Origin: an uncultured Saprospiraceae bacterium
GTDB taxonomy: Bacteria > Bacteroidota > Bacteroidia > Chitinophagales > Saprospiraceae
Length of the DNA: 48,834 nucleotides
Direction: 5' to 3'
Assembly: GCA_964551455.1 (NCBI GenBank)
Contig: CAZKDA010000006.1
Coordinates: 1 to 48,834, forward strand
Positions within the stretch are counted from its first letter, which is position 1, and the number at the start of each line of letters is the position of its first letter. Under the pieces are notes generated by a model. It saw only the letters and a program-made list of their open reading frames with translations. It was not told where the DNA came from and ran no database searches. This document shows, piece by piece, positions 1-10,192 of this stretch. The position numbers and the translations under genes are program-made.

Positions 1-86
1 TAAATTAAGCGTAATTCTACGAGCTACTCAATGCGAAGTTTCAATCCTATGAATAGCATTCTAAATTTCGAAGAGCAGTGTTGAGA

Positions 87-1409
87 TTAAATCGAAATCT
101 GGAATTGAGATACAAACATTCCTCTTCGATGTGTTGAGATCCAGTCTCCTGAGTTGTTTTGCTCAAACACAGGTCGGCTTTGGTAATTAAACGAAATCTT
201 TGTATGATGCCCTTCAATCAACCAATTGAATCCTCCTTCATACATCAACACGGGATCTTTGAGGAGATCAAGTTGCGAATATTGTACAGCGGCATAGGGC
301 TGGATCGTTCCCATTTTACCCAATAAACCTTTCTTAAAAAGATAACCTGTTTGAGCGTAAAATGTCGTTCCGGTTCCTATCATCGGAAATGCATTTCCAG
401 CACCGTTAAAAGTACCATTTTCATTTACACCATTAGCAGCATTCATAACACCAATATTCCTTACATAATTTTTACCATAATCATTGACACTGAAAGTGGC
501 ATAAGTAGTGATTGCAGTTTCTTTTTCAGCGTTTAGTACATGGTCATAAAAAATATCAACAGCAAAAAGAGCCAAAGCGCTATATACCGTATCAATTCCA
601 TTGATTTCATTTTCAGAATGCCACATAGCGTTTTGCTGATGAATAAAACCTGCACCTATATTAAACACATTTTTTTTGCCTAAATAAGTACCTGCACTAT
701 AGGGCGTGTCATTAGATTCTTTTTCTAAAAACTGATACTTTACATAACCCTGAAGCTGCGGGTTTGGTGGTTCGGGTGAAAACAATGAATTCGATGAAAT
801 GTCCACGCCTTGCTCAGTAGATCGGGCAATACTCATGGGTTTGGTAAGTGCAAAACGATAATCGATCTTCCCCAACCTGCCTTTAGCATGAACACTGAAC
901 TTTCGGAAAAACTGATCATTTACATCGATCGTTACCTGCTGATACAGCGGGGCGTCCACTCCAAGTATAGTGCCGGTTGAAGGGGAAGCATAGCGCGAAA
1001 GCCCATTCCAGCCTGAAAGCCCTGCACCAATATATAAATAGTCGTTTACTAATTTCAATTGCGCAAATGCATCATGAAAGAATAAGCCTTGTTTACGTGT
1101 TGCATTAAAGTGCAAATTGCTGGTGCCAAAATGAGTGTAAAAAAATATGTTTTCCGAAAGCTGTCCAAAGACTTGAAACCGGGTTCTTCTAAGGCCAATA
1201 TCAAAGGTTTCTGACTGGGGATGACCATTTATTGTTGTACCCGGGTTATTCTGATTATACCTCACCCACGCTTGATTGAAGAAGATGGCCTGTACATATT
1301 GGCTACCATCTTCATTCAAATTAAATTTTAATGCTTTGTCCTGGCTCAATACACTTGTGCCTGTAAACATGATTATTGCTGTTACTGTCAGGATTATCTT
1401 ATGTTTCAT
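87..1409 (-). CDS. putative outer-membrane beta-barrel porin
   Basis: 440-aa ORF. It has an N-terminal signal peptide (MKHKIILTVTAIIMFTGTSVLSQ) and a G/N/Y/F-rich alternating beta-strand pattern through to the C-terminus (...FVSQFQISI). The porin O/P-like assignment is from memory only. Confidence 0.5.
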   Translation of the reverse strand: MKHKIILTVTAIIMFTGTSVLSQDKALKFNLNEDGSQYVQAIFFNQAWVRYNQNNPGTTINGHPQSETFDIGLRRTRFQVFGQLSENIFFYTHFGTSNLHFNATRKQGLFFHDAFAQLKLVNDYLYIGAGLSGWNGLSRYASPSTGTILGVDAPLYQQVTIDVNDQFFRKFSVHAKGRLGKIDYRFALTKPMSIARSTEQGVDISSNSLFSPEPPNPQLQGYVKYQFLEKESNDTPYSAGTYLGKKNVFNIGAGFIHQQNAMWHSENEINGIDTVYSALALFAVDIFYDHVLNAEKETAITTYATFSVNDYGKNYVRNIGVMNAANGVNENGTFNGAGNAFPMIGTGTTFYAQTGYLFKKGLLGKMGTIQPYAAVQYSQLDLLKDPVLMYEGGFNWLIEGHHTKISFNYQSRPVFEQNNSGDWISTHRRGMFVSQFQISI

Positions 1410-1643
1410 TGTAATTGATTAAATTTTAAAAAGGTAGAATGATAAATATTTTAAGTTTTGGGCTTAATCTCGGGATATGATTTTTCCCTTTCCCAATTTC
1501 AATCCCCTGATTTCCAAATACCATTCCAAAGGAGACTCTTGGTTTGAAAAGAAACATTTTAGATAAAATGAAAATTTGACTTCATTCTTTAAAAATTTTG
1601 GTTTTCCTACCTTTTTTGTAACCCAATAAAGTTACTGAACGCC

Positions 1644-1691
1644 CAAAAAATTATTAGCAGCCTGTGTTTGTGTTCACAAGCTGCTAATAAA
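1644..1691 (-). terminator. rho-independent terminator downstream of the CYTH gene
   Basis: 11-bp inverted repeat ttattagcagc (1651-1661) / gctgctaataa (1680-1690). On the minus strand it is followed by TTTTTT (complement of 1645-1650). It lies about 40 nt after the stop at 1733. Confidence 0.6.
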
Positions 1692-1732
1692 AAGAACCGA
1701 CTTTTATACTAAAAAATCCGTGATTTTTCACG

Positions 1733-2767
1733 TTAGGATGGAGTGACATCTGTTTTAATACCTGGATTTGCAGAAAGGTAGTCCTGATAAGATTTCTGTT
1801 CTTTTCTTTCCCTCCAATGATACAACACAACTCCCAACACCAAAATAGCCAAAACGATTAGCGAGATGGATTTATCCGTCATGCCGAAAAGCGGTCTGTA
1901 TTCAAAATCTTTCAGTCCGAGCGCTACAAATCCCTTGTTGTATTTTGGCGTCTGGTCCTGAACGATCGACGGGAAAGTTTTGAGCAGATCGCCCTTGATA
2001 TCTTCGTTGATGGCTTCCATGGTTGCCCTGGTCGTGGAATCGCCGAGCGTGTAATTGATCTCGTTCAATTCCAGCTCCAGTTCCACATATTTGGTAGCTT
2101 TTCCACCGAAGTTTGCAGTTACAAAGTCCAGGGTCATAGTGGCAAAAGCATCACCGAGTAGCGAAATATAAACCCGCTTTCTGATCTGATCGATCCTGAT
2201 GGTCGGGAACAGGCTGAATGCATCTATGCCATGTTCTGCAAGACGTTCGGTAATTGGTTGGCGCAAGTCCTGGCGAATGTTATTGAAAAACGGATGAATA
2301 TCGAGCGGCTTGTTTGGTTTACCGCTGTATTTGATCTCGTATTTGTATTCACCGCGGTTGAGTTCATTGCCGTCGATGGCATTAACCTTGAATTGCATCA
2401 GTTGACGGCCATGCTTACGGTCAGATGAATCGGTGAGTACGTATCGCGATCGATGCCGGATACCATGCTGCGCCTGGAGTACCTGCATTTCTTTGTTGTC
2501 ATAATACTGGTCTATAAAAGAATCTATGGCAACTTTGGTAGCGAAGGCGGGATCAAATTTTCTTAAATAAAGGTCGTCATTATTGTACCTGGTGGTGAGA
2601 TATTTCCAGACATCTTCAGCAATTTCATCAGGTATGGACAACTTGATCTCGTTTTCAATACGAAAAACATCGAAGCCCGTGGCAGTTGAAAATTCCGCCG
2701 ACTGCCCAAAGCTTGTTACAATACCGCAAATCAATAAAAATGATGTGATTAAAAATCTGAGTTTCAT
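1733..2767 (-). CDS. exported, membrane-anchored CYTH (triphosphate tunnel) domain protein
   Basis: 344-aa ORF with a signal peptide (MKLRFLITSFLLICGIVTSFGQS) and a C-terminal TM helix (ISLIVLAILVLGVVLYHW) plus a basic tail. Between them the CYTH hallmarks appear in order: ExExK (ENEIK), basic strands (IRHRSR, FKVN), EYKYEI, IRKRVYI and the terminal acidic strand YVELELEL. Confidence 0.6.
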   Translation of the reverse strand: MKLRFLITSFLLICGIVTSFGQSAEFSTATGFDVFRIENEIKLSIPDEIAEDVWKYLTTRYNNDDLYLRKFDPAFATKVAIDSFIDQYYDNKEMQVLQAQHGIRHRSRYVLTDSSDRKHGRQLMQFKVNAIDGNELNRGEYKYEIKYSGKPNKPLDIHPFFNNIRQDLRQPITERLAEHGIDAFSLFPTIRIDQIRKRVYISLLGDAFATMTLDFVTANFGGKATKYVELELELNEINYTLGDSTTRATMEAINEDIKGDLLKTFPSIVQDQTPKYNKGFVALGLKDFEYRPLFGMTDKSISLIVLAILVLGVVLYHWRERKEQKSYQDYLSANPGIKTDVTPS

Positions 2768-3143
2768 AATTCTGAATTATGTAAGTGAAAAAAATATTTA
2801 TAAAATGGAACGGAGGGACAGGTGTTGGATTGCTATTAAGGTTAAGTGGCAAAAATACTAAAACTATTCCAAAACGGAAAATATTTTTTATTGATGTTAA
2901 AGCTATAAAAACCTGAATACGTATTGAAATTTCCATAATAACAAGTTGTTTTACATCAAGCCCGAAAAGGATGGATTTGCGGCGAGTGTGCTTTTACGAC
3001 ATGCATGCCTTCGGCGTCGTATCCATTTTTTCAAAACAATTCAATGCGTATGGGCGGTGACATTTAAGCCGGTTAAATTTCAATGACAAATTCAATTTAT
3101 TTACTACCTTTAAAACCGATTTCTTCACTAAAAACGATGAATT

Positions 3144-4565
3144 ATGAATCTTAAAATACACACCCTTGCTCTTGTATTTTTTATGAGTTTTTGCAACCTT
3201 TCATTCGGACAACAACTCAACAGCGAACTGATCCGGAACGAACTGGATCAAAACAACCGGACTTTCCTTTCCGAATTATTGAAAAACCTTCAAACCAACT
3301 CCTCTGCAACACAACGCGACGAGGATGATCTGCTGATAGCAGACAGGCTGGATAGCTGGGAGGGGAGCCAATGGGTAGGTACGGATTCCACAGAATACTA
3401 TTATAATGTCGAAAAACTGCCTGCTGAACGCATTACCCTGAATTTCGACGGTACGGACTGGGAAAATTCCAACCGGTTCTTACAGGATTACAATGCCGAA
3501 AATCTTATAACTCGCGGATTGACCCTGTCCTGGAATGGAACAGATTGGGACTCTACCTCGCAAACAATTTACATCTACGACGAAGACGGAAACCGTACCA
3601 GTGTTCTGTTTCAGTATTATGACGGAACGGATTGGATTAACTCACTACAATACTTATCCGAATACGACGATGACGACAATGAAGTAGTTTTTCAATACCA
3701 AAACTGGAATGGTACCGAATGGCAGTTCCTGTTTCAAGTGCTTTCGGAATATGATATGTATGGAAATATCATTTCAGAAACCAACCAGTTTTATGTTGGG
3801 GGAAACTGGAGTGATAACACAAAAGTGACGCTGGAATACGATGCCAATAACAACCGCACGCTGTTTCTTTCACAGAGTTGGGTAGGAGGCATGGGCGGCA
3901 GTTGGGTAAATGACTTTCAGTTTGTTTATGAATTTGACGAACACAACAATCAAATTTCGCGGCTGAACCAATTATGGGTGGCAAATGCATGGTTAGATAC
4001 GAGCAGACTCACCCAGGAATACAACGAAGACAACAACCTCACCTCGTCTCTTACACAAACCTGGGATGGCTTTGTCTGGACCAACAATGAACTGGAAACC
4101 TACACTTACGATGGTATGTTACAAACCGTCTATCTGACCCAGACCTGGGATACAGACGAATGGCTGAACGTAAATCAGGAGCTTTATGAACACGACGAAT
4201 ACGACAACCTTGTTTACGGCCTTTTCCAAATTTGGGAAAACGATGAATGGGTTAATGATTACCAGGGATTTTTGTATTACGAGCTGATCTCAAGCGCCAA
4301 AAATCCAAGCGTCTATGGCCACCATTTCACGGTGTTCCCCAATCCCGGCGATGGTCATTTCAATATCGACTTGAAAGGCTATGATCTCCGCGACGGCTAC
4401 CTGAATGTTTACAATTCAACCGGGCAGTTGATGCTCAGCCGCCGGGTGACGGATGGCAATGATCTGCAATCGGTCGATCTGTCAAATTTTCAAAATGGTA
4501 CTTATTTCCTGAAATACAACGACGGCAATAAGCAGATCACCCAGGCAGTTCAGCTTATCCGCTGA
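3144..4565 (+). CDS. T9SS C-terminal-sorting-domain cargo protein with W-x-G-x-x-W repeats
   Basis: 473-aa ORF with a signal peptide. It carries about 10 copies of a 25-30-aa repeat (FDGTDWENS, WNGTDWDST, YDGTDWINS, WNGTEWQFL, WDGFVWTNN, WENDEWVND...). The last ~80 aa fit the Por/T9SS CTD pattern (FTVFPNPGDGHFNIDL...GTYFLKYNDGNKQITQAVQLIR). Confidence 0.75.
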   Translation: MNLKIHTLALVFFMSFCNLSFGQQLNSELIRNELDQNNRTFLSELLKNLQTNSSATQRDEDDLLIADRLDSWEGSQWVGTDSTEYYYNVEKLPAERITLNFDGTDWENSNRFLQDYNAENLITRGLTLSWNGTDWDSTSQTIYIYDEDGNRTSVLFQYYDGTDWINSLQYLSEYDDDDNEVVFQYQNWNGTEWQFLFQVLSEYDMYGNIISETNQFYVGGNWSDNTKVTLEYDANNNRTLFLSQSWVGGMGGSWVNDFQFVYEFDEHNNQISRLNQLWVANAWLDTSRLTQEYNEDNNLTSSLTQTWDGFVWTNNELETYTYDGMLQTVYLTQTWDTDEWLNVNQELYEHDEYDNLVYGLFQIWENDEWVNDYQGFLYYELISSAKNPSVYGHHFTVFPNPGDGHFNIDLKGYDLRDGYLNVYNSTGQLMLSRRVTDGNDLQSVDLSNFQNGTYFLKYNDGNKQITQAVQLIR

Positions 4566-4576
4566 TCTGTGTAAAA

Positions 4577-4628
4577 TAAAAAGAAGCAAAGCCCCACAAT
4601 GAAAGGAAGACTTTGCTTCTTTTTTTTC
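4577..4628. terminator. bidirectional hairpin terminator between convergent genes
   Basis: 10-bp stem agaagcaaag (4582-4591) / ctttgcttct (4611-4620). An A-run lies on the left and TTTTTTT (4621-4627) on the right. It sits between the stops at 4565 (+) and 4644 (-). Confidence 0.65.
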
Positions 4629-4643
4629 TGAACCTTCACTCTC

Positions 4644-6377
4644 CTACTGCACCACAAACTTCCCGCTGTAAACCTTGTGATCTTCCGTGAGAATTTTGTA
4701 AAAATACAAACCCTGCCCAAGTTGGTCTCTTTCAATCCTGAGCGATGCTCCAAAACCGGAATCATAAACCCGCATCAGCTTACCGTCGATGGAATAGAGC
4801 GACACCTGCTTCACGGAGAATTGCAGTTCGTTGAAGATCAGCTCTGCTTCATGGCTCATGGGATTTGGGCTGATTTGGATGTTCGCGGGCTTTTTGGCAA
4901 TCGTTTCCGTAGAGGTGATAATGCCGTCGAACAGATCCTGCGCAATATCGGCAGCCTCCAGCAAGGGCGAAATATCCGGACAGGGATGCTCAACATCTTC
5001 CACAAACAAGACTGCAAAGCTTAAATGATTAACTCCTCCCGGATCAATTTGAAATGGCCCGGAACCTATGACCATCCTCCGGTCACCATTTGGTAAATTC
5101 TCTGAACACATCGACCAACCATTTGGATCGTTGGGAGGGCTGGGAAAGGCATAGTTGGTATTTTCTCCGCCTGTATTATATCCATTGCCTCCATAAGTAA
5201 TTTTCTCTCCACTTCTCCAGGTTCCGGTCAAATAATTATAAAATTGAGGAGCAATGGTAGGATCTTCTGTTCCGGGTGGTGGAGGTGGATTAACTCCTCC
5301 ATTATTGTAATAAATGAATGAAGACATTCCCCGGTCAACTTGTTCAATCGGGTCGCCGGGGCCTCCAATATGTACATTATCTGTTACACCTTTCAATATC
5401 TTTATCCCGACCAGAGGTATTTCATCGCAGTATCCTGGCCCGCAATCAAAACAGTTTGATGCCCCATCGATGGAATCTTGGTTATAAATAAAAGCTAAAT
5501 TATTGAGTGTGTCACAACCAATATAATCATCAATGAAGCACCCTAATTCGGGATCCACCCACAACCCTACATAAGTACTATCAAGCTGATCCAAACCGCG
5601 ATTGATAAATTTATAATCATAAAAAGTAGCGTTGTTGATATGTGGATTCGCGCTTGAATAGGCATAAGCCAAAACCTGGATTTCCATTTGTATAGGAATT
5701 CCACCGGTTTCGGAATGCACACCGCCTGCGTCGTTGAATACCCACCAAATACCTTGGTCTGCGCCATTGATGTCGGGGTGATCGCCGCTGTGCGGTTCAT
5801 ATAAGCTGTTGTTGTTGCGATCTACGAACGGCGCCAGGCCCTGGTCTGAATTCGGAAGTTCGAAGCCGAAGATGCCTTCAAAATTGGCGTTGCCACGTGC
5901 CGGCCAAGCCAGTACCGATTGCGGGATAGGGCCATCGATCTCGCCGTTGTCATCCCAGTCAGCGATTTGGGCGTTGATGTCAGCAGAATTGGTTGACCAA
6001 AAACGGTCATAATTGGCGCAATCATCAGGCGAAGTAGTTCCCGATTCCGTCAGTGGTCCCGGCCAAAAATCTGTGTTACCGGTTGCAATGCCATAAGTTT
6101 GGGCAGCCACCTTCAGACTCCCTCCTGAATCATATCCTCCTAGCCATATCGCTCCGGCGAAAATTGCACTAACTTCGGGTTCTCCTGGCGCCACCTGTGG
6201 AGCGATGTATCCCCCACCACTGCTCCCATCCCACCAGAGGTTACCCCCAACCAGGAGTCTGGCTTTTACATTGTTGGCGTCGAGGTCGATCTGAGCGGTG
6301 GAAGGTGAGCAATCCTGGGCGAAAAGAAAAGAAAAAGTGAAAGCGGAAAAAAGCAAAGTAAAGATCGGTTGTTGCAT
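4644..6377 (-). CDS. T9SS C-terminal-sorting-domain cargo protein (function unknown)
   Basis: 577-aa ORF with a signal peptide (MQQPIFTLLFSAFTFSFLFAQ). The C-terminal CTD pattern is present (IQISPNPMSHEAELIF...GLYFYKILTEDHKVYSGKFVVQ). The body has no motif I recognise. Confidence 0.7.
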   Translation of the reverse strand: MQQPIFTLLFSAFTFSFLFAQDCSPSTAQIDLDANNVKARLLVGGNLWWDGSSGGGYIAPQVAPGEPEVSAIFAGAIWLGGYDSGGSLKVAAQTYGIATGNTDFWPGPLTESGTTSPDDCANYDRFWSTNSADINAQIADWDDNGEIDGPIPQSVLAWPARGNANFEGIFGFELPNSDQGLAPFVDRNNNSLYEPHSGDHPDINGADQGIWWVFNDAGGVHSETGGIPIQMEIQVLAYAYSSANPHINNATFYDYKFINRGLDQLDSTYVGLWVDPELGCFIDDYIGCDTLNNLAFIYNQDSIDGASNCFDCGPGYCDEIPLVGIKILKGVTDNVHIGGPGDPIEQVDRGMSSFIYYNNGGVNPPPPPGTEDPTIAPQFYNYLTGTWRSGEKITYGGNGYNTGGENTNYAFPSPPNDPNGWSMCSENLPNGDRRMVIGSGPFQIDPGGVNHLSFAVLFVEDVEHPCPDISPLLEAADIAQDLFDGIITSTETIAKKPANIQISPNPMSHEAELIFNELQFSVKQVSLYSIDGKLMRVYDSGFGASLRIERDQLGQGLYFYKILTEDHKVYSGKFVVQ

Positions 6378-6750
6378 AGCTTGAGTTTTTAAATGTGTAA
6401 ATGACTAGGATATTAAGACCTTGAAGATAGCAAAAATGATTGTAACTATTCTCAGGACTTTGCCAACTGAACTGCCTCGGCAATGAACCAGTCATATCAT
6501 TGAGTGAATGGGTTGGTTGGAATGGATTGAAAATATCAGGCGATTTTGGAGCGCCGCTTATTCCTAAGATCAAAGGAATTTCGTTTTGCTATATTTTGAA
6601 AAAAGTGTGATGAAAGCAACAGGACGCAAAAAGAAAGAAACAAAAATCGCTTATTGTGGCGGAAGGGGGTAAAACCTGTGCTACAAATGTTTAGCTTTAC
6701 ATCTACAACTGAACAAGCTTTCAACTGTTTTATAAAAAAAAGATTATAAA

Positions 6751-7839
6751 ATGAACCCTGTTATCACATTTTCAAAGGATGATCCGGCCAATTTTTTCCA
6801 AACGATCAGAAGCAGGGTCAATGCCTATTTCGAAGAAAATAACATCAGGAAAACCGGAGGCTTCGAATTGCATTTCAAGACCTTCGTCATGTTTGCGATA
6901 TACCTGACGCCTTATTTTCTGATTTTATCCGGGCTGCTTCCTTTGTGGGGTATTTTTTTAAGTTATATAATAATGGGATTGGGCAAATCCGGTATCGGTC
7001 TGGGTATCATGCACGACGCCAACCATGGGTCGTATTCCAAAACTCCCTTGTTGAACAATCTGATGGCTCATTCTATGGATTTTATCGGAGGGAGTTCTTT
7101 TACCTGGAAGATCCAGCACAATATCATGCACCATTCTTATACAAACATCCATCATCTGGATGAGGATATTACCGGGAAGGCATTTTTAAGGTTGTGTCCT
7201 GGTGAAAAATTAAAAAAATACCATCGGTTTCAGCATATCTACGCCATGTTGTTGTACAGTCTTGCAACGATCAACTGGATGATAAAAAAAGATTTTGTAA
7301 GATTAGCCCAATATAATAAAGATGGAATTACTGCAAAGCATGGCTTTAATCCAAAGCGCGAAACTGCTTTTATGATTACCTCAAAGTTGTTCTATTTTTT
7401 CTACATGCTCGCCCTGCCTGTTATCATGGGCGTTCCGGTTTGGGTCGCGATACTTGGGTTTTTGCTTATGCACCTTATAGCCGGGTTGATGATCACCATT
7501 ATTTTTCAATTAGCTCACGTAGTCGAAGGGCCGGAACAATTTGTAACACCTGAAAATGGTAAAATGGAATCTTTATGGATTATCCATCAACTAAAAACCA
7601 CCGCCAACTTTGCACCCCGAAACCGGCCGATAACCTGGTTTGCCGGAGGTTTGAATTTTCAGATCGAACACCACCTATTTCCAAAGATCAGCCATGTCCA
7701 TTACCATAAAATTGCAAGGATCGTAAAAGAAACCGCAAATGAATTTGGTTTGCCTTATCATGAATTTTCAAAATTCACCCAAGCCTTGCGCTCTCATTTG
7801 CGATTTTTAAAAATGCTTGGAAACGGCACTTATGCCTAG
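6751..7839 (+). CDS. membrane fatty-acid desaturase, front-end (delta-6-like) type without a cytochrome b5 domain
   Basis: 362-aa ORF with TM helices and three His boxes: HDANHGS, HNIMHH and QIEHHLFP. The Gln-containing third box is typical of front-end desaturases. Confidence 0.8.
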   Translation: MNPVITFSKDDPANFFQTIRSRVNAYFEENNIRKTGGFELHFKTFVMFAIYLTPYFLILSGLLPLWGIFLSYIIMGLGKSGIGLGIMHDANHGSYSKTPLLNNLMAHSMDFIGGSSFTWKIQHNIMHHSYTNIHHLDEDITGKAFLRLCPGEKLKKYHRFQHIYAMLLYSLATINWMIKKDFVRLAQYNKDGITAKHGFNPKRETAFMITSKLFYFFYMLALPVIMGVPVWVAILGFLLMHLIAGLMITIIFQLAHVVEGPEQFVTPENGKMESLWIIHQLKTTANFAPRNRPITWFAGGLNFQIEHHLFPKISHVHYHKIARIVKETANEFGLPYHEFSKFTQALRSHLRFLKMLGNGTYA

Positions 7840-8009
7840 AATTCGTTGAAAATTTATTTTTGTTTGGACAAAACCAAATACACAACCGGGCTTTGCAACA
7901 ACGTTACGAAGCCCGGTACTGCAATGAGGTTGCAAGGAAAAAGTGGTTTCAACCCGGAGGATAAAACCCCAACAATTTCATAACTAAAAAGCTAAGACCG
8001 GAAAGGCGA

Positions 8010-8438
8010 CTAAGCTGTCGTCCTTCCCCAATAAGCCGGGGAACGGTCGGGGTATTGTTTCTTCAGCGCGTATTTCATCACGTCGAGCGTAGAAACGATG
8101 CCGACAAGGTTGCTGTCATGGTCAACGATCGGAACGGCATGAAACAGGTTTTCGATGAAGATCAGCACGGCAGAACCCACTTTTGCGTTAGTTTCGAGCG
8201 TGGCAAGCTTGGTAGTCATTACATCCTTGACGAGAATATCGCTGTATTCCGTGTGCGATTTTCCTAGCTTGAACAGGTCATACGTGGTGAGGATACCGAC
8301 GAGTTTTTTGCCATTTACTACCGGCAGGTGGTGGATCCGCTTGGATCTGAAAATTTTGTACACTTTTGACAGGTTGTCTTCAGGAACTACGGTGATGAGT
8401 TCGGAAGTCATAATTGTGGAGACAGGTTCGTTCATCAT
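8010..8438 (-). CDS. CBS domain pair protein
   Basis: 142-aa ORF with two CBS motifs (IMTSELITV...HHLPVV..KLVGILTTYDL and VMTTKLATL...HAVPIVD..NLVGIVSTLDV). Confidence 0.8.
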   Translation of the reverse strand: MMNEPVSTIMTSELITVVPEDNLSKVYKIFRSKRIHHLPVVNGKKLVGILTTYDLFKLGKSHTEYSDILVKDVMTTKLATLETNAKVGSAVLIFIENLFHAVPIVDHDSNLVGIVSTLDVMKYALKKQYPDRSPAYWGRTTA

Positions 8439-8624
8439 AAAAGGTAAGTTTTAAAGAGGGTTAGGAAACGGGTCTTAATGCTTCAATGATAATAAAATTC
8501 AATTATTTTACAAAACAATTTTGCTAATTTCTTCCACTTTTTCAGGCGCCTCGAATCTCTGTAAGCTACTCACGCTCGCCTAAGCCATATTTCTGAACAA
8601 CCCCTAAAATCGATGATTAGTTTC

Positions 8625-9335
8625 CTAAAAAAAATCCAGAATACTCCCGGCAAGGATTTTCGTATCGGCTTGTTCGATGGGGTGTTTGAAGCCATCGAAA
8701 ATCTTCAGCGTTCCATTGGGCAAAATATCTGCAACGGCAGCGGATTCTTCCTGCGAAACCATATTGTCCAAACTCCCCCAGCCTATGACGACTTTTTGCG
8801 TGATCCCTGAAAATGACTGAATCGGAATTGCCTGTCCGCTCCCCAAACCGGTCATCAACCGGGCGGTTCGGCGCATTAGTTCTCTCCAGTCATTCGGGGC
8901 GTGTCTTTTTTGCAAAGCGGCAGCAAACTGTGGAACTTTGCTCTCTATAACTTCCGGGTTCAGCATTTTGATCTCCCTTGCTGCAATTTCAGGACTCCAT
9001 TCCAATTTCGTTCCGAGCGTGAAGATCTTTTCCACCAGTTCCGGATGTTTCAGCGCCAGCGACAAAGCCACATAGCCGCCCATGCTGTATCCGAAAATGG
9101 AAACCTTTTGGTTTTTTTGCGCTTCGAGAAATTCCACAACCTCCGTTACAAAACCATCGATGGAAAAAGAATCGGAAAAGGATTTTCCGCCATGCCCCGA
9201 AAAGTTGAGATCGAAAACTTCGAGTTCCGGGATCAGAGATTCTTTTAAACCTACAAACTGATCCTTCGATCCGAGGGCGCCATGGAGTAGCAGGAGTGGG
9301 TGTTTGTGTTGCATTTGATTGTGTGTAGGGTTCAA
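8625..9335 (-). CDS. alpha/beta hydrolase
   Basis: 236-aa ORF with the HG oxyanion region (LLLLHGALGS) and the nucleophile elbow GYSMGG. A C-terminal His (GFKHPIEQ) is consistent with the triad. Confidence 0.75.
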   Translation of the reverse strand: MNPTHNQMQHKHPLLLLHGALGSKDQFVGLKESLIPELEVFDLNFSGHGGKSFSDSFSIDGFVTEVVEFLEAQKNQKVSIFGYSMGGYVALSLALKHPELVEKIFTLGTKLEWSPEIAAREIKMLNPEVIESKVPQFAAALQKRHAPNDWRELMRRTARLMTGLGSGQAIPIQSFSGITQKVVIGWGSLDNMVSQEESAAVADILPNGTLKIFDGFKHPIEQADTKILAGSILDFF

Positions 9336-9433
9336 ATTTAAAAAAAACTTTCTGTGATGAAAATATGAAAAGCGCTGTTCCGACTTGAAAATATTTTTGC
9401 TTTGGTCAGTTCATTGCCATGTTGTTATTCCAA

Positions 9434-10189
9434 TCACAGATACTTCACCAAAACCCGCACACCCACAAAAGCTACCAAAATCGCCGTGATGAGTTTCACA
9501 AGATGAGGATTGAAACGAACGGCGCCGAGCCGCGAACCGATCTGACCGCCGGCAAATACGCTCAACATGAGCAGTGAAGCCAGTTGCCAGTCGATATTGA
9601 AATTGGGATTGCTCATCTGGCCAAACAGGCCGGAAACCGAATTGACCAGGATGAAAAAACTGGCCGTCGCCGCAATAGTTTTTGCATGATCCCAACGCAA
9701 CAGGTGCAGCAGTGGCGATAAAAATATTCCGCCGCCGATGCCTACCATCCCGGAAAGGAAACCGATGCCGCCACCAAGTCCGCTGTTGAGCGCCAACGTT
9801 GTTTTTTTATCTGTTTCGGATTGTTGGCTCCCGGATTTATCGGGTTGTACAAACATCAAGGCCGCCGCTGCAAGGAGCGCAAAACCAAGCAAAATGAAAA
9901 AGATTTTTTCGGAAATGCGAAAGCTACCGCCGAGATAGGCCAGGGGTACGCTGAAGATGACCAGCGGCAGCATTTTGCGCCACCTGAAGTGTTTGTTTTT
10001 GAAAAAAATATAACTCCCGAATGCCACTACGGTGATGTTGCATAACAATGCCACCGCTCTGAGCAGGTGATATTCAAAACCATACAAAGCCAAAATGGCC
10101 AGATAACTCGACCCGCCTCCAAATCCAACGGATGAATACAAAACCGCGATCAGAAAAAAGAAGAGTATGATTTCCCAGTGTTCCGGCAT
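9434..10189 (-). CDS. TauE/SafE family sulfite/anion exporter
   Basis: 251-aa polytopic membrane ORF with the duplicated Gly-rich motifs typical of TauE (SSVGFGGGSSYL; GMVGIGGGIFLSPLL). Its start lies 3 nt from the stop of the upstream ykgJ-like gene. Confidence 0.75.
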   Translation of the reverse strand: MPEHWEIILFFFLIAVLYSSVGFGGGSSYLAILALYGFEYHLLRAVALLCNITVVAFGSYIFFKNKHFRWRKMLPLVIFSVPLAYLGGSFRISEKIFFILLGFALLAAAALMFVQPDKSGSQQSETDKKTTLALNSGLGGGIGFLSGMVGIGGGIFLSPLLHLLRWDHAKTIAATASFFILVNSVSGLFGQMSNPNFNIDWQLASLLMLSVFAGGQIGSRLGAVRFNPHLVKLITAILVAFVGVRVLVKYL

Positions 10190-10192
10190 TTT

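Noticed and set aside
2583-2936. 92- and 93-aa overlapping ORFs in the 2768-3143 intergenic region
   Set aside because: They overlap the 5' end of the CYTH gene and each other, are A+T-rich and low-complexity, and have no motifs.
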